In this document: positions 20,647-31,446 of the stretch, one piece after another
Numbering within the stretch: the first letter of the stretch is position 1
Layout: the number at the start of each line of letters is the position of its first letter
Assembly: GCA_004764695.1 (NCBI GenBank)
Contig: SMSO01000005.1
Location: 1,240,001-1,304,000 of the forward strand
DNA from: Schizochytrium sp. TIO01
Taxonomy: Eukaryota > Protista > Bigyra: Labyrinthulomycetes
Direction of reading: 5' to 3'
DNA length: 64,000 nt
The notes under the pieces: generated by a model
The model's input: the letters and a program-made list of their open reading frames with translations, nothing else
Databases searched by the model: none
What the model was told of the DNA's origin: nothing
Position numbers and translations under genes: made by a program

Positions 20647-23600
20647 TTATGATTCTGGGAAACCCATAGGGGGTAAAACTTTATGAGTGGGGCTATCTTT
20701 CATGGAATCACTTATGCGGCTGCTTGCTCGCCTTGACCTACGGCGTACGAGAGAAGACGCCGGTGTCAGTATCGAGAGATCTTGACCTTGCTGGGAGACA
20801 TCATGTAGATCTTGTTGTGAACCACTTTGAATGTCCAAGAGCAATTGCTTGCCACTCGCAGCACCTTGCATGCTTTTGGTTGAGGCTAACAAGGCATCAT
20901 CCGTCTCACGTCGACTAGCAGAAGCTGAAGCTTCAATTTCTGCGGCACTGGTCTTACCACGCGAAGCATACGACCCTACAGACTCAGCGTCTCTTTCACG
21001 AATTGCAGAAAAGGACGATGCATCTTTGCGACTCCCGCTTGTATAGCGCTTCGATGCAAACGAAGACTCGCCCTGTAATTCTTGCGCAATACTCCTGGAG
21101 TCATCTGCATTATACGTGAAAGAAGCATCTGCATCTCTTTTAGACGTAAAGGAGGATTGTGTATATGATGAAGCCGAGTCATCAAAGAAGGATTGTTGAG
21201 AAGATTGACGTCCGAGACTACCAACACTCGAAAGACTCTTCATACTACTGTAGAGACCGTTGGGATTCCGCAACCGACGCTTCTTGCGTTTTTTTCTCTT
21301 CTTTTTCTTATCCTTTTCACTATCTTTTGTTGTTGAATGAGTCGAGAATGGATGTGTACAAACCTTACAAATACGCTCATTAAACATCAAAGGTTCGAAT
21401 TCGTCACACATATCACATGCACCACATGCTCCTCGACCCTGTAAATTGTCCTTGTTAGCCGCTTCTGTATTTTCTAAAGCCTTTCCGACAGCTTCCTCGT
21501 TAGCTTGGGCGGCCAGTTCTTCGTCTTCTGCCTTCTTCATGGATTCCATTTGATGTAATATATAATCAGTGAGGCCAAGATCTGATTCGTGGAGCATCAA
21601 ACCAAATCTTTCAGAAGCGACGTGCCGTCCTAATAGCTTTTTTGAAGACTTGTGGAACAGCCCTTTCACTGTATCGTAAGCATAGAGGATTGTAGCTGCT
21701 GCGGAGTCTAACTTCGGCTTAATAAGCTGCCAATTCAGAGGAGGAGGATTTGTTTCCAGCAAGAGTTCGGCCATTGAATCCAATCGCCGCAAGCGACCTC
21801 CTGGTCCAGGTGGATATTTTACGTCGTTCCACTTTGTACGGAGCGTACACATTTCGCAACGAATGCTCCCTCGATCAAGTGGGCATTTGCTGGATAGTTC
21901 TCCAAATTTAATTTTGTCCCACGCCTCAAAAAAAGTGGGATACTGTCTTAGAATGAATGCATTTCCAGGGTCAGCCCGCACAGCTCGTTCATAAGCACTT
22001 TCAATTTCTTGTTTGTCTTTAGATGGTTTACAAACCACCAGCATGACTTCTTTGCCTACATGAACAGAATTCACCTTTGAAATTGGCTGGATTAGACCTG
22101 GAGTTCCATAGACCTCTAACTCAGCAAAATGTAGATAGTTTGTGGTCTCAAGTTGGACTCGGACATAGCGAGCAGCTGTATTGGCAGGTAATTTCCAGAT
22201 GGAACGACGCATATTTTGGGTAAACTTTTTCTTAGCAGCACATTGTCCATACGCATTAACTAGCTGCCTATCAAAAGGTGTATTTCCAACCAGAATCCAA
22301 CAAGGGAATAATCGTTTCGTGAAATGATCACGGGGTGCTGATGCATCAAGGGGTTCATCTTCGCGGTTCCACAACACAATTTTTTCTAAGATACAAATCC
22401 GCCCCAAATCCACCTCCCAGTAAGGCTGCGGATCCATTTGTGTATGGATTACTTGCGTTTCACCCATACCGGAGAGATCGCCGTTTACCGCACATTTGGA
22501 AGTGCGACTATTGTAAACCGAGCTTTGATGGGATGGTCGATATAACGCAAGGTCACGAGGTACAGTATACATTGCACGAACAAGGCGTGGATGCCGAATA
22601 AATTTTCGCTCCGCATCTTGCGCAATTGCTCCAGATTTATTTGCACCCCAGGTATAAAGCTCCCCTTGCACAGAAATACAGGCTGTTGCACCGTACCCAG
22701 CCGAAACTCTCTTTATTGGGGTATCTAGTAGCTCACGCATAATATGGAAGGTTGGTCTCGATTTTCCCAAAGCAGCAACAGGACCTGCTACAAAAACATG
22801 TCCTCCAGACACGCGTTTCACACGATTAAGACCCTCACCCTCGGTCTTTTTTCGAACACGTTCGCATACGACCGTGTGTGTGCAACCGCATGAAACTTGA
22901 GCAACTCGTACACCAGCAGCATGTAAAGTACGCGCAAGCTGTGGCTCTTGCACTTGTCTAGGAAGCCCATAACCAAGTCCGAGACGGCCGCCGTCTGAGC
23001 ATCCCCACATGAAAAGTCGACCATCTTCGCTCACAGCACCTGTGTGGGTATTTCCACAGGAAATTTGTACAATTCGAGTAACGTTTGGAATATTTAGCCT
23101 AGCAGGGAATGGGCAATAGGTCTCTACATTCTGCGGTATGTTTCCTAAACCAAGTTTCCCATCATTGCTGCCACCCCATATAAACACTCTTCCTTGCTCA
23201 GTAATGGCAGCGGAGTGTGAAAATCCACATGAAATAGCAACTAGCCGTTGTGATACAAGCTCCTGCACCAAGGTAGGTTTTTCTACGTCATACCGCGCCG
23301 CCCCTGTTTCAGAAGCAATCGCTGCTGCTTGAATCGCTGCAACAACAGATCCAGATGCGCCTCTGTGCGCATTAGCTTGCACATCACTACGTGAACGCAA
23401 CTTCGGCCCTTGCCCTTGCCCTAACCTCCCAAAATTACCATCCCCCCATGTATATAGTTCCCGTGTTATTGCGGAGATACTACCAACATGAAAAGCTCCG
23501 GCAGACACTGCAGCAAATCCAGTGGTAGAATCATTATAAAAATAGGGCTTACTTCCTCGCTCCGTTGTGATAATAGGGGCAGGAAGATGCTCCGATAGTT

Positions 23601-25984
23601 TTGATTGAGAAATGCCCCGCAGACTACGACGCCATTTCTTGTAAATCTTATTATGCTGATTTTCTCGAACAACCCGCATCTCAGTACGTTGACGCTCTCT
23701 CTGTTCCTTTTCTTCGTTATAAATTTTTAATAAAGGGGCGCCACGCAGATCGCGCAGTTGTCTCCAACAATTCAGCCTTACCTTTCGCTGTAGTCGATTG
23801 TTTATCGCGATAGAGATCTAGCATCTCGATTTCTGTTTCGCGAAACTTATCAGAAAGTTTCCGTCCTCCAATTTTTCGTTCAATTCGTACCGCGTCATAT
23901 ACTAGATCCACCATTTGTCGCTTGTTTAGACCTTCGAGTTGAAATCCACGCATTCTCAGTGTTAGTTCGACCTTATCGAACGGAAGTTTGGGTAGGATGA
24001 CGTTTTCCATATGCTGGTTTTTCAAATGAGCTTGGGGTGACGGCTCGTACACGTTGTAATAATCCTCTGTCACTAAGCGTAGGCGATTGAAAATTTCCTC
24101 TTCTGTCATCTGTAATTCAAGATTTGGTTCAGCCATGTCGGGCCATGGTGACTTGTCGTGCATATTTAACATTAATTTGCTTCGCTCAGTGAGTTGCCCA
24201 CGGGATTCTTCTAAGTTTTCGTCTCCAACTGGTGTCCACCATTGATCACGTCCTCCCCATGCAAGTAGCTCACCACGATCTGTTCGTGCAAAAGCTGTGT
24301 TTAATCCAGCTGTCACATCTACTACACGTCGGCCCCAAAGTGCGCTTGTATTGGGTGAGCAAATTGTGCGTACGAATGGACTCTTATATTTTCGTTCTTC
24401 AAGTTCCATCACCCTTTGAGCTTCAAGTCTTGCACGTTCAATCGGGTCATCATCACTATCCTCGCTGTCATCCTCGCTGTCATCATCACTGTCGTCGTCT
24501 TCACTATCATCGTCGTCATCGCCATCTTCGCCATCACTTTTGTCACTTGCATTTTGGTTACTTCCTGGTTGACCCTCACCACTATCGTCTTCGCCTTCTT
24601 CATCTGAATCATCTGGTATTCCAAAATCCGCACCACGAATTAGTTTATCCAGTGTTGATCTAGGTTTTGCTGGAAAGCGAATGAGGTTTTTATCAGGTCG
24701 TTCTGGTGCCCCAGTGGTGCTGTCATAGTTCACTAATTCATGACGACCAGGGAGATCATTAACTTCGTTTTCAGAATACGTGTCTTCAGCATCATTTTGT
24801 AGCTCTGCTCCCGTTCCCGCAAAGCGTCGTGGATATTTTGTCCGCTTTGACAAATTACTTACAGGTTGCCCGCTGTTCCGATACTTCAATTTCCGAGGCC
24901 CGTCTGGAATCACACGTTCGTTCCATAGAGTTTGTACCAGTTCAAAGCTCTTAAACGCTCCATGTGGCCTTGAAGCGTCAGCTGAGAATTGACCATATGC
25001 ACCTACTCCAAAGACATAAACCTGCCCAGCAATGTCCAGCGCATTAGCAAGCTCTTGTCTAGAACGTTTTTTAGCCATTTTGATCGCATGTTCTTTCTCC
25101 TTTTGTTCTGCTTGCCAGTTTCTCCACTGCTTCGCTTGCGCAAGGGCTTGCTCTTCCATTTGTTCTTCTTCGTCAATAAGTTCTTCCAATCGCCGCATCA
25201 TAACTGCTTTCGGTGTTCGCTTCCCAAAACGAATACCCCTGCGTTCAAGCTCGCCACGTATGTCACCTAGGTGAAGCCAAATCTTTCGAAATTCACTATA
25301 CTCAATATATCCTGACTTATCCGTGTCATACTTTTTAAAAAACTTTTCTTGCTTCGCTTGACTCACGTGAATGTCAAGATATTCAAGAATATCTACAAAC
25401 TCATCCTCAGAAATACGACCGGAATTGTCCTCATCAAACATGGCAAACGCGTCTTTTGGACTCAAATTGCCTGTAGGAACAAAGCCAATAGAGTTGCCAG
25501 AGTTTGGATCGCATGCATACATAGCTGCTTTAAACTCATCAAGACCAAGTGCTCCGCTTTTATCAGTGTCCAAGAATCGAAAATATCGCCATGCCTTTGC
25601 TTCGGTAAGGTTGATGCCAATCAGTGGGAGGAGCTCTTTAAATTCCTCAAACTCAATCAGACCGCTGCCGTCTACATCAATCTCCTTAAATACCTCCTCA
25701 GGGGACTTCTTTTTAATTTCGTCCTGCTTCAACCCTTCTTTTTTTTGCTTTTCTTCGTCATCATCATATGAAATACCTTCTGCAAATATTGCTTTAGCGG
25801 CCTCAAAGTCCTTGTCTGTCAGAAGTTCTGGTTCAGACTCTCCTCGACGCCGCCTTGCAGCTTGCTCAGCTTGTTCTTCATCATCTAATAAATCACGCTG
25901 TTCAAGCCTGTTGAGAATTTTTGAGCGTGTGAGCCCGACCGTAGTCGGGCTCTTTCGTGAGGTTGCCTTTCGAGAGCTTGACAT
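20647..25984 (-). CDS. Large EF-hand / RCC1-repeat / F-type lectin (F5/8 type C fold) protein; two ORFs joined across a +1 break near 23720
   Basis: Upstream ORF: four EF-hands (DVDGSGLIEFEEF, DTDKSGALGLDEF, DEDNSGRISEDEF, DTDKSGYIEYSEF), RCC1 pieces (GQVYVFGVGAYGQ, GELLAWGG) and an acidic tract. Downstream ORF: RCC1 repeats (ELYTWGDGNFGRLG, ISCGFSHS, LFMWGCSDGGRLG) and an F-type lectin domain (HTQMDPQPYWEVDLG...LWNRED). The downstream frame is open across the upstream stop, so a single gene is likely. First ATG is at 25984. Confidence 0.85.
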
Positions 25985-26516
25985 TATTGCTACATGCGAC
26001 TCTTTAACTCTGCATGCCGCAAGTCGGAAATACTGACAGCTAGAAGCGTGGAGTAGGAAGCGTATCAAGGACTAACTGCCACTGCGGATGCAGAGATTCT
26101 ATGTACTCGTGGATTCTATTTATACCAATAAACCCACTTCAATACTAAGCTTGTGGACGAAGGGCTGGTGTGTTGTTTGGACTGCTTCAGCAAGTGTCCG
26201 TTCTGGCAATATAGTAACGTTAATATGGTTCCAAAGGTCACTTGTAACCTCTTCCAATATATTAGTGATAGGTTTGTTGTAGGCCCAAGAAAGTCTCACA
26301 GATTCACAGATAAGATGAATAGAAGTTTCTCTCAGAGAATTTCCCCGTCCATGATTGGATTTATAGGCATATGTCGACCTAATATTACTCACACCAATCG
26401 AAATGACGGAAACGACGAGAATATCCTTAATTTGCATGGGGAGGAACATATCAAATAATAATAGTTATTATTATTGATCATCAGTACTGAAAGAAAATGA
26501 TACGCAAGACAAAGTA

Positions 26517-26543
26517 TAAGAAGAAGAAGAAGAAGAAGAAGAA
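26517..26543. repeat. (GAA)n microsatellite
   Basis: Seen directly. Confidence 0.9.
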
Positions 26544-26736
26544 TAGTAAAATAAATCTAGCTGTTCTAAACCGGAGAAAAATTGATCTGAAAATAAAAAG
26601 GGGGAATGCTTGCTTCTGTGGACCAGCACCTACCTACCTTTTCGCATGTACAAAATGCATTTAGTGCGAAGGATAGCTTGGCATACTTAAATACAAAAAC
26701 AAAATGTGTGCAGATAAAGAAACGTGAAAAAGGAAT

Positions 26737-29700
26737 CTACGATGATAAAGTACGTTGTCGTGGAAGCTTCGTAAGTGTAACCTTGCAGAACAAAAACCCA
26801 TCGTCAGTGAGCGCTCCATTCGCATGACGCATGGCAACATAGCGATAACCTTGACGGAGGCAGTTTAAGGGAAATACATTTTGGCAAACAAAGCGGCCCT
26901 TGCCACGACCACCATCTACGTGGCGGACTATAAAGCTCAAGAGCGCAAGGTTTCTATTATGGATTTTGAATCGAAAAGTCTCGCCCCAAAAAGGATCAAA
27001 ACCATTGTGTTCGACCCATGTCGAACGTACTGTACGATCATCTTGTTCAAGCCCACGAAGTGTGATTTCAACATATGGACTAATCGATGTGGCGACAGTT
27101 GGAGGACGAGGTAAATAATGGCCCGAGATGAGATTCACCTCAAGAATAGTAACTTCTGGGTCAAAACTAGCATCGCCAGGTTGAAGAGCCCATGGGAGCG
27201 TGCCAACAACATCATTCTGAGAATTCTGTTCAAGTTTTGGCTGACCTAAGATGCGCTTGACCTTGTCACTCAGCTCTTTGCCTTGCTCTTTCACGCCATA
27301 AGCGCCATTCATGTCTTGACTATATGAATGATCATCACCGTCTTTTCCGACCTCATGGACTTCGTCTTCAATGAAGAAACCCTCAACGTTTGAAGGTGGC
27401 GTTGCTGACCTAGAACTCGTCCCGCGCATATTAGCAAGGTGCCTACGAGAGTCCACACCTGTGGTGGTTGAATTAAGCATGGCAGAAGGCTTGAGAACAA
27501 AACCACAACCTCCATTGTCCTGAAATTTGCCCTGGTTTAACCAAACTTCAGTGCCAAAGTTCTGATAATTCAATGCAACAATTTGACAGCCCACATTCCA
27601 TGCAGGCACTGGGTCATAATTTGATGAAGTGATGCGGCTCCCTGCAGGAAAGATTCTAAGCAGATGAGTCTTTGCATATGAACAAATTGCCGCTGCACTA
27701 GGCCCTGGCGAAGCAAGTTTCCTCATTTTCTGCTCAGCTATAGATGACGATGTGCGGTATGAAGGTGCCTTAAAAACAACAGCCTCACCAGTAGAGTCTG
27801 ACTTGATAACGGGAACAGGAATATTTTTGATGTACATGAGGCGAAGTAGTGACGGGGTGACTCCATCCTTGCTCTCGTCATTATAACGAGCAAGGATGTA
27901 TGGCGGGAATTCTTTTCGGCCTGACAAAGCGACTCCACCATCTGTTGGTTCGTTCAAAAGATTATTGGGGCCCTCTGAAGCCATATGTTGTGGACCTGAT
28001 CGCCCTGTATGACCTTTACTAGATGATAGAAATGTGAGTCGCGGTCGCGTCATTGCCATCTCTCCGTTAGTAGGCGAACCTTCAGCTGAAATATTTCGCT
28101 GTTCATCCTGTTCACCGAGCTCTAGCTCACTGCGCTTAGAATCTTCCTTATTTGTACTTCGAACACCCACGTTTTGAGTCTGATTGCGTGGTTTGCTAAA
28201 TTTACGTGACTTTGATTTGTTGACGGAAGATTGCGATTGCATACCGTTTCCACTCATGTGCGTGAGCTTTTGTGAAGATGATGCTCCAAATTCTCCAAAC
28301 TCACCGGGATTCAGAGTCATAGAACTACGCACGACCACATCATCATCCTCGAGATCCTCGGCTTCGTCAAGAAGTTCTTCATCAGATTGTTCGGCACCTT
28401 CCTCAAATTTCTCATAGTCATCACTAGATTCACTCGTGCGCTGCGAATTCATCCCAAAGCTCTCAGCATCGACGCGCGCGTTACTGCTACGCTTAGTAAG
28501 CGAGGACATCCGGCTAAATATAGAATCTTGAGTATCAAGCAAGGGGGAAGAGTTGTCTGCAATCTCGTGAAAACGAGCTTTCTCTTCAGTCGACTGCGCC
28601 AAGTCAGTTGAGTCCCCACTTGAGTCGCCTCTCTTTCCCTTTCGAATCATCTTGTTTCGGGGAAGAGGTGGCGGTGCTGGAAGATCGAACGAACTCTGTC
28701 CATCGGGGTCTTCTTGCGTTTGCGAAAGCATTAAAGCTGACGTGGAAGAATCTTGTCTAAGATGTTGAAGTTGACTAGTGGATGCGGTCTGGCGTGCATC
28801 GAGTTGCCCTGGCGTAAAGTATTGCTCCTGGCGTTGCTGCTCTTGCCGCTGTTGCTGCTGTTGATGTTCATGCTTCTGGCGCCGGTGTTGAAGTTCAAGT
28901 TTGCGCATTTTGATTTCTAATTTGTCTGTTTTGGTCATACGCTTATCTGGCCGATCACGAATAACAAATTTGTGTCGTAGTTGATATGGACTTAGCCACT
29001 CCGCGACACCTACTTTAAGGTTGCTCTCATCGGGTGTTGGGAAGCGTAAAAGATCATCACCTAAGATACTCTCAAGGTAGTACACTTGTTTTCGCTGTTG
29101 ATCCATGGAGCAGTGGTTCTCGATTGTGATGATAACAGGGTATTCACTTGCGTCAAAGCCGTGCTTCCGCAGCGCAACAATACAATCGCGAAATGGCATA
29201 GGTTTACAAAGGGTATTGCCATGAGTAACGATAGGATCATCGCTTGGGCCATTCCATGCATCGAGTTCGATAACACGCACGCCAAGTCTTAGTGCCCGAA
29301 TGATGGCGTATGCTGTGGATTCACTGTAAAGTTGATTTCCACTTAGATAGGAATTGTGAGAAGAGGAAATAAAATAATGGCTGAGAGGCTGGTGCATATC
29401 TTGATACACGTTGTGTAGCTTATGATAATTGCCAACAGAGTTTGTTAACCCGTCTACCATCATACATACAAAAGCTTCATAAGACAGTTCAGGCGGAACA
29501 TAATTTGGAGACAAAGGATGCCATTCAGGGTATTGAGGAGCAGCGGACGAGACGCGCTGGCGAAGTGTATGTCCTCCTGTGGCATATGTTGCTGGGACAG
29601 AGTCTTGGGAGCGTGCTCGTACGCGCATGCGCGACAAGAAACGCTTAAGACGATGTCTCTTACCTCCACGCTCACTTGCAGTACTAGAGCTGACGTCAGA

Positions 29701-31446
29701 ACCCCGGCGTGGTTTAATAAATGCTGAATGGAAGGTTGCTCGGGTTGTCGCAGTAAGACTCCGATCAATCCGGAAGCCGCGTGTGATTTGAGGGAGAGAT
29801 CGGGGCACTTGCTGCTGTGTGGGGGCGCTGAACGCGCTCACTTCAGATCCAAGGCGGGATGAGTTGTTTTCTGTTTCGTATACATCCTCAGTCATGGCTG
29901 AAGTAGGTGATAGTACAGATTGAGGATCGAGTATAGAGCCGGAGCTCCTCAGGGTGGACATGGATGGCTCATAACCGCCTACAGAATGGGCTGTTTCCTC
30001 CTCATTTAGAGCAAGGGAATCCTGTGAAAAAGAGTGAATACCATTTAGCGCAGGTGAAGATTGTGGCACACTAATGAGAAGCTGGTCGTAGCTAGGTATT
30101 GTCCAAGGGGTATCTGGATGGCTCAAAATTTTCCTGTCACATTCAAAGTGATGAATTCGATAGGCGCATTCAACAAGGGTAGGCTCGTCTTCTCCATTTG
30201 TGGACCAAGCTACAAACTTCATGAGATCTTCAGGGCGAAGTCTGAGATCTGTGACATTAACGTCGCCTGCAACAACTGAATCAATGGACTCTTGACCGCT
30301 GCCCAGAATCTTCGCCACAAGAAACTCTTGCATGAGATTAGGTTTTGATTGAATGCCTTCAAACATACGGGTGAATTCTTCGAAATCAAGGGTACCATTA
30401 CCGTCCGTGTCATAATGGTCCATCCATTTTCTGATCTCGCGCTCTGGCACTCGAACGTTAAGACGAGCAAACATGAGCTTTACTTCTCGGAAATCAGCTT
30501 TACCGTCCTGGTCACGGTCAACGAGAGCCCACTCATCGTGAGCCCTATCTCGTAGTGATTTGTTTGCCAGGCCCTGACCAATGCGATTATCAAGATCTGA
30601 GGAGTGGTGGAGAACACTGGATTTGCTGAAGGGATTAATTTGTTTGATAACTTCCCAGAAACAACTCGCTTGGTGAGAGCGCTTTGGGGATTCCCGTTGC
30701 GTGGTTTTTCGTTGTTTGGTGGTTACAAATTTGGATGCTTTGGCCATACCAGCCTCGCCACGAAGAAAATGACTCCGAACGGGCATGAGGTTAATCTGTG
30801 CGGATGACTGAAGTGGCGAGCTGATAGAATCGTGATGGCCACTTTGAATCATGCTGGCCTGAGCTGTTGCGTGGCGCACAAGGTCATTCAGACTTGTCAC
30901 AGATGTGTGCTGATTAGCATGCCGTTTAGGTTGTCCTACAGGCCGTTGGTGACGGATAGGTATAGATTTTCTCCGCATGCTAGATGTACCCTGTTGTATT
31001 TTGCGGCTCGCATGTGCGAGGCCACTTGTATCCAAAGAGACAAGATTATTCCAAGATCTGGACCTCTTTTGCGTCGGGACGCCTTCTTCGCCACTGCTTC
31101 CGCGTTTCTTACATGTGCGTTTGCTACTGTTCTGATGCAAGTCGCTATCATCCATTCGTTGGAGCTGCATCCCAATGTCTTCTGCGTGGTTATAGGAGCT
31201 TTCACTTTGGTCTTGGTCTTGGTCCTGCTGCTGCTGTTGACGAAGGTCTTGACGTTGCTTTCGACGCCGCCTCCAGCTACCGAGTGCATGTGCTGAAGAA
31301 ACTCTATTCATAGAAGACGACCCTGATTCGCCTTGACCCAAGCCCAGACTTGTTGGCTCTGCCTCTTGGACTCGCGAGATGCGGGGGTCTTCATCTTCGA
31401 AGTCCCCTATTGCAGACTCTTGCTGATTAGACCCATCTGTTGCCAT
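26737..31446 (-). CDS. PLC: Phosphoinositide-specific phospholipase C (EF-hands, X, very long linker, Y, C2)
   Basis: EF-hands DRDQDGKADFRE and DTDGNGTLDFEEF; X box DMHQPLSHYFISSSHNSYL...ELDAW...THGNTL...IENHCS; Y box LLRIFPAGSRITSSNYDP...GCQIVALNYQ...NGGCGFVLKP; C2 PYVEI...NGFDPFW...LRQGYR. 1569 aa with no intron needed. Confidence 0.95.
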   Translation of the reverse strand: MATDGSNQQESAIGDFEDEDPRISRVQEAEPTSLGLGQGESGSSSMNRVSSAHALGSWRRRRKQRQDLRQQQQQDQDQDQSESSYNHAEDIGMQLQRMDDSDLHQNSSKRTCKKRGSSGEEGVPTQKRSRSWNNLVSLDTSGLAHASRKIQQGTSSMRRKSIPIRHQRPVGQPKRHANQHTSVTSLNDLVRHATAQASMIQSGHHDSISSPLQSSAQINLMPVRSHFLRGEAGMAKASKFVTTKQRKTTQRESPKRSHQASCFWEVIKQINPFSKSSVLHHSSDLDNRIGQGLANKSLRDRAHDEWALVDRDQDGKADFREVKLMFARLNVRVPEREIRKWMDHYDTDGNGTLDFEEFTRMFEGIQSKPNLMQEFLVAKILGSGQESIDSVVAGDVNVTDLRLRPEDLMKFVAWSTNGEDEPTLVECAYRIHHFECDRKILSHPDTPWTIPSYDQLLISVPQSSPALNGIHSFSQDSLALNEEETAHSVGGYEPSMSTLRSSGSILDPQSVLSPTSAMTEDVYETENNSSRLGSEVSAFSAPTQQQVPRSLPQITRGFRIDRSLTATTRATFHSAFIKPRRGSDVSSSTASERGGKRHRLKRFLSRMRVRARSQDSVPATYATGGHTLRQRVSSAAPQYPEWHPLSPNYVPPELSYEAFVCMMVDGLTNSVGNYHKLHNVYQDMHQPLSHYFISSSHNSYLSGNQLYSESTAYAIIRALRLGVRVIELDAWNGPSDDPIVTHGNTLCKPMPFRDCIVALRKHGFDASEYPVIITIENHCSMDQQRKQVYYLESILGDDLLRFPTPDESNLKVGVAEWLSPYQLRHKFVIRDRPDKRMTKTDKLEIKMRKLELQHRRQKHEHQQQQQRQEQQRQEQYFTPGQLDARQTASTSQLQHLRQDSSTSALMLSQTQEDPDGQSSFDLPAPPPLPRNKMIRKGKRGDSSGDSTDLAQSTEEKARFHEIADNSSPLLDTQDSIFSRMSSLTKRSSNARVDAESFGMNSQRTSESSDDYEKFEEGAEQSDEELLDEAEDLEDDDVVVRSSMTLNPGEFGEFGASSSQKLTHMSGNGMQSQSSVNKSKSRKFSKPRNQTQNVGVRSTNKEDSKRSELELGEQDEQRNISAEGSPTNGEMAMTRPRLTFLSSSKGHTGRSGPQHMASEGPNNLLNEPTDGGVALSGRKEFPPYILARYNDESKDGVTPSLLRLMYIKNIPVPVIKSDSTGEAVVFKAPSYRTSSSIAEQKMRKLASPGPSAAAICSYAKTHLLRIFPAGSRITSSNYDPVPAWNVGCQIVALNYQNFGTEVWLNQGKFQDNGGCGFVLKPSAMLNSTTTGVDSRRHLANMRGTSSRSATPPSNVEGFFIEDEVHEVGKDGDDHSYSQDMNGAYGVKEQGKELSDKVKRILGQPKLEQNSQNDVVGTLPWALQPGDASFDPEVTILEVNLISGHYLPRPPTVATSISPYVEITLRGLEQDDRTVRSTWVEHNGFDPFWGETFRFKIHNRNLALLSFIVRHVDGGRGKGRFVCQNVFPLNCLRQGYRYVAMRHANGALTDDGFLFCKVTLTKLPRQRTLSS

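Noticed and set aside
26068-26458. 100-109 aa ORFs between the RCC1 gene and PLC
   Set aside because: They overlap on both strands, show no motifs and sit in the expected promoter and 3' spacer.
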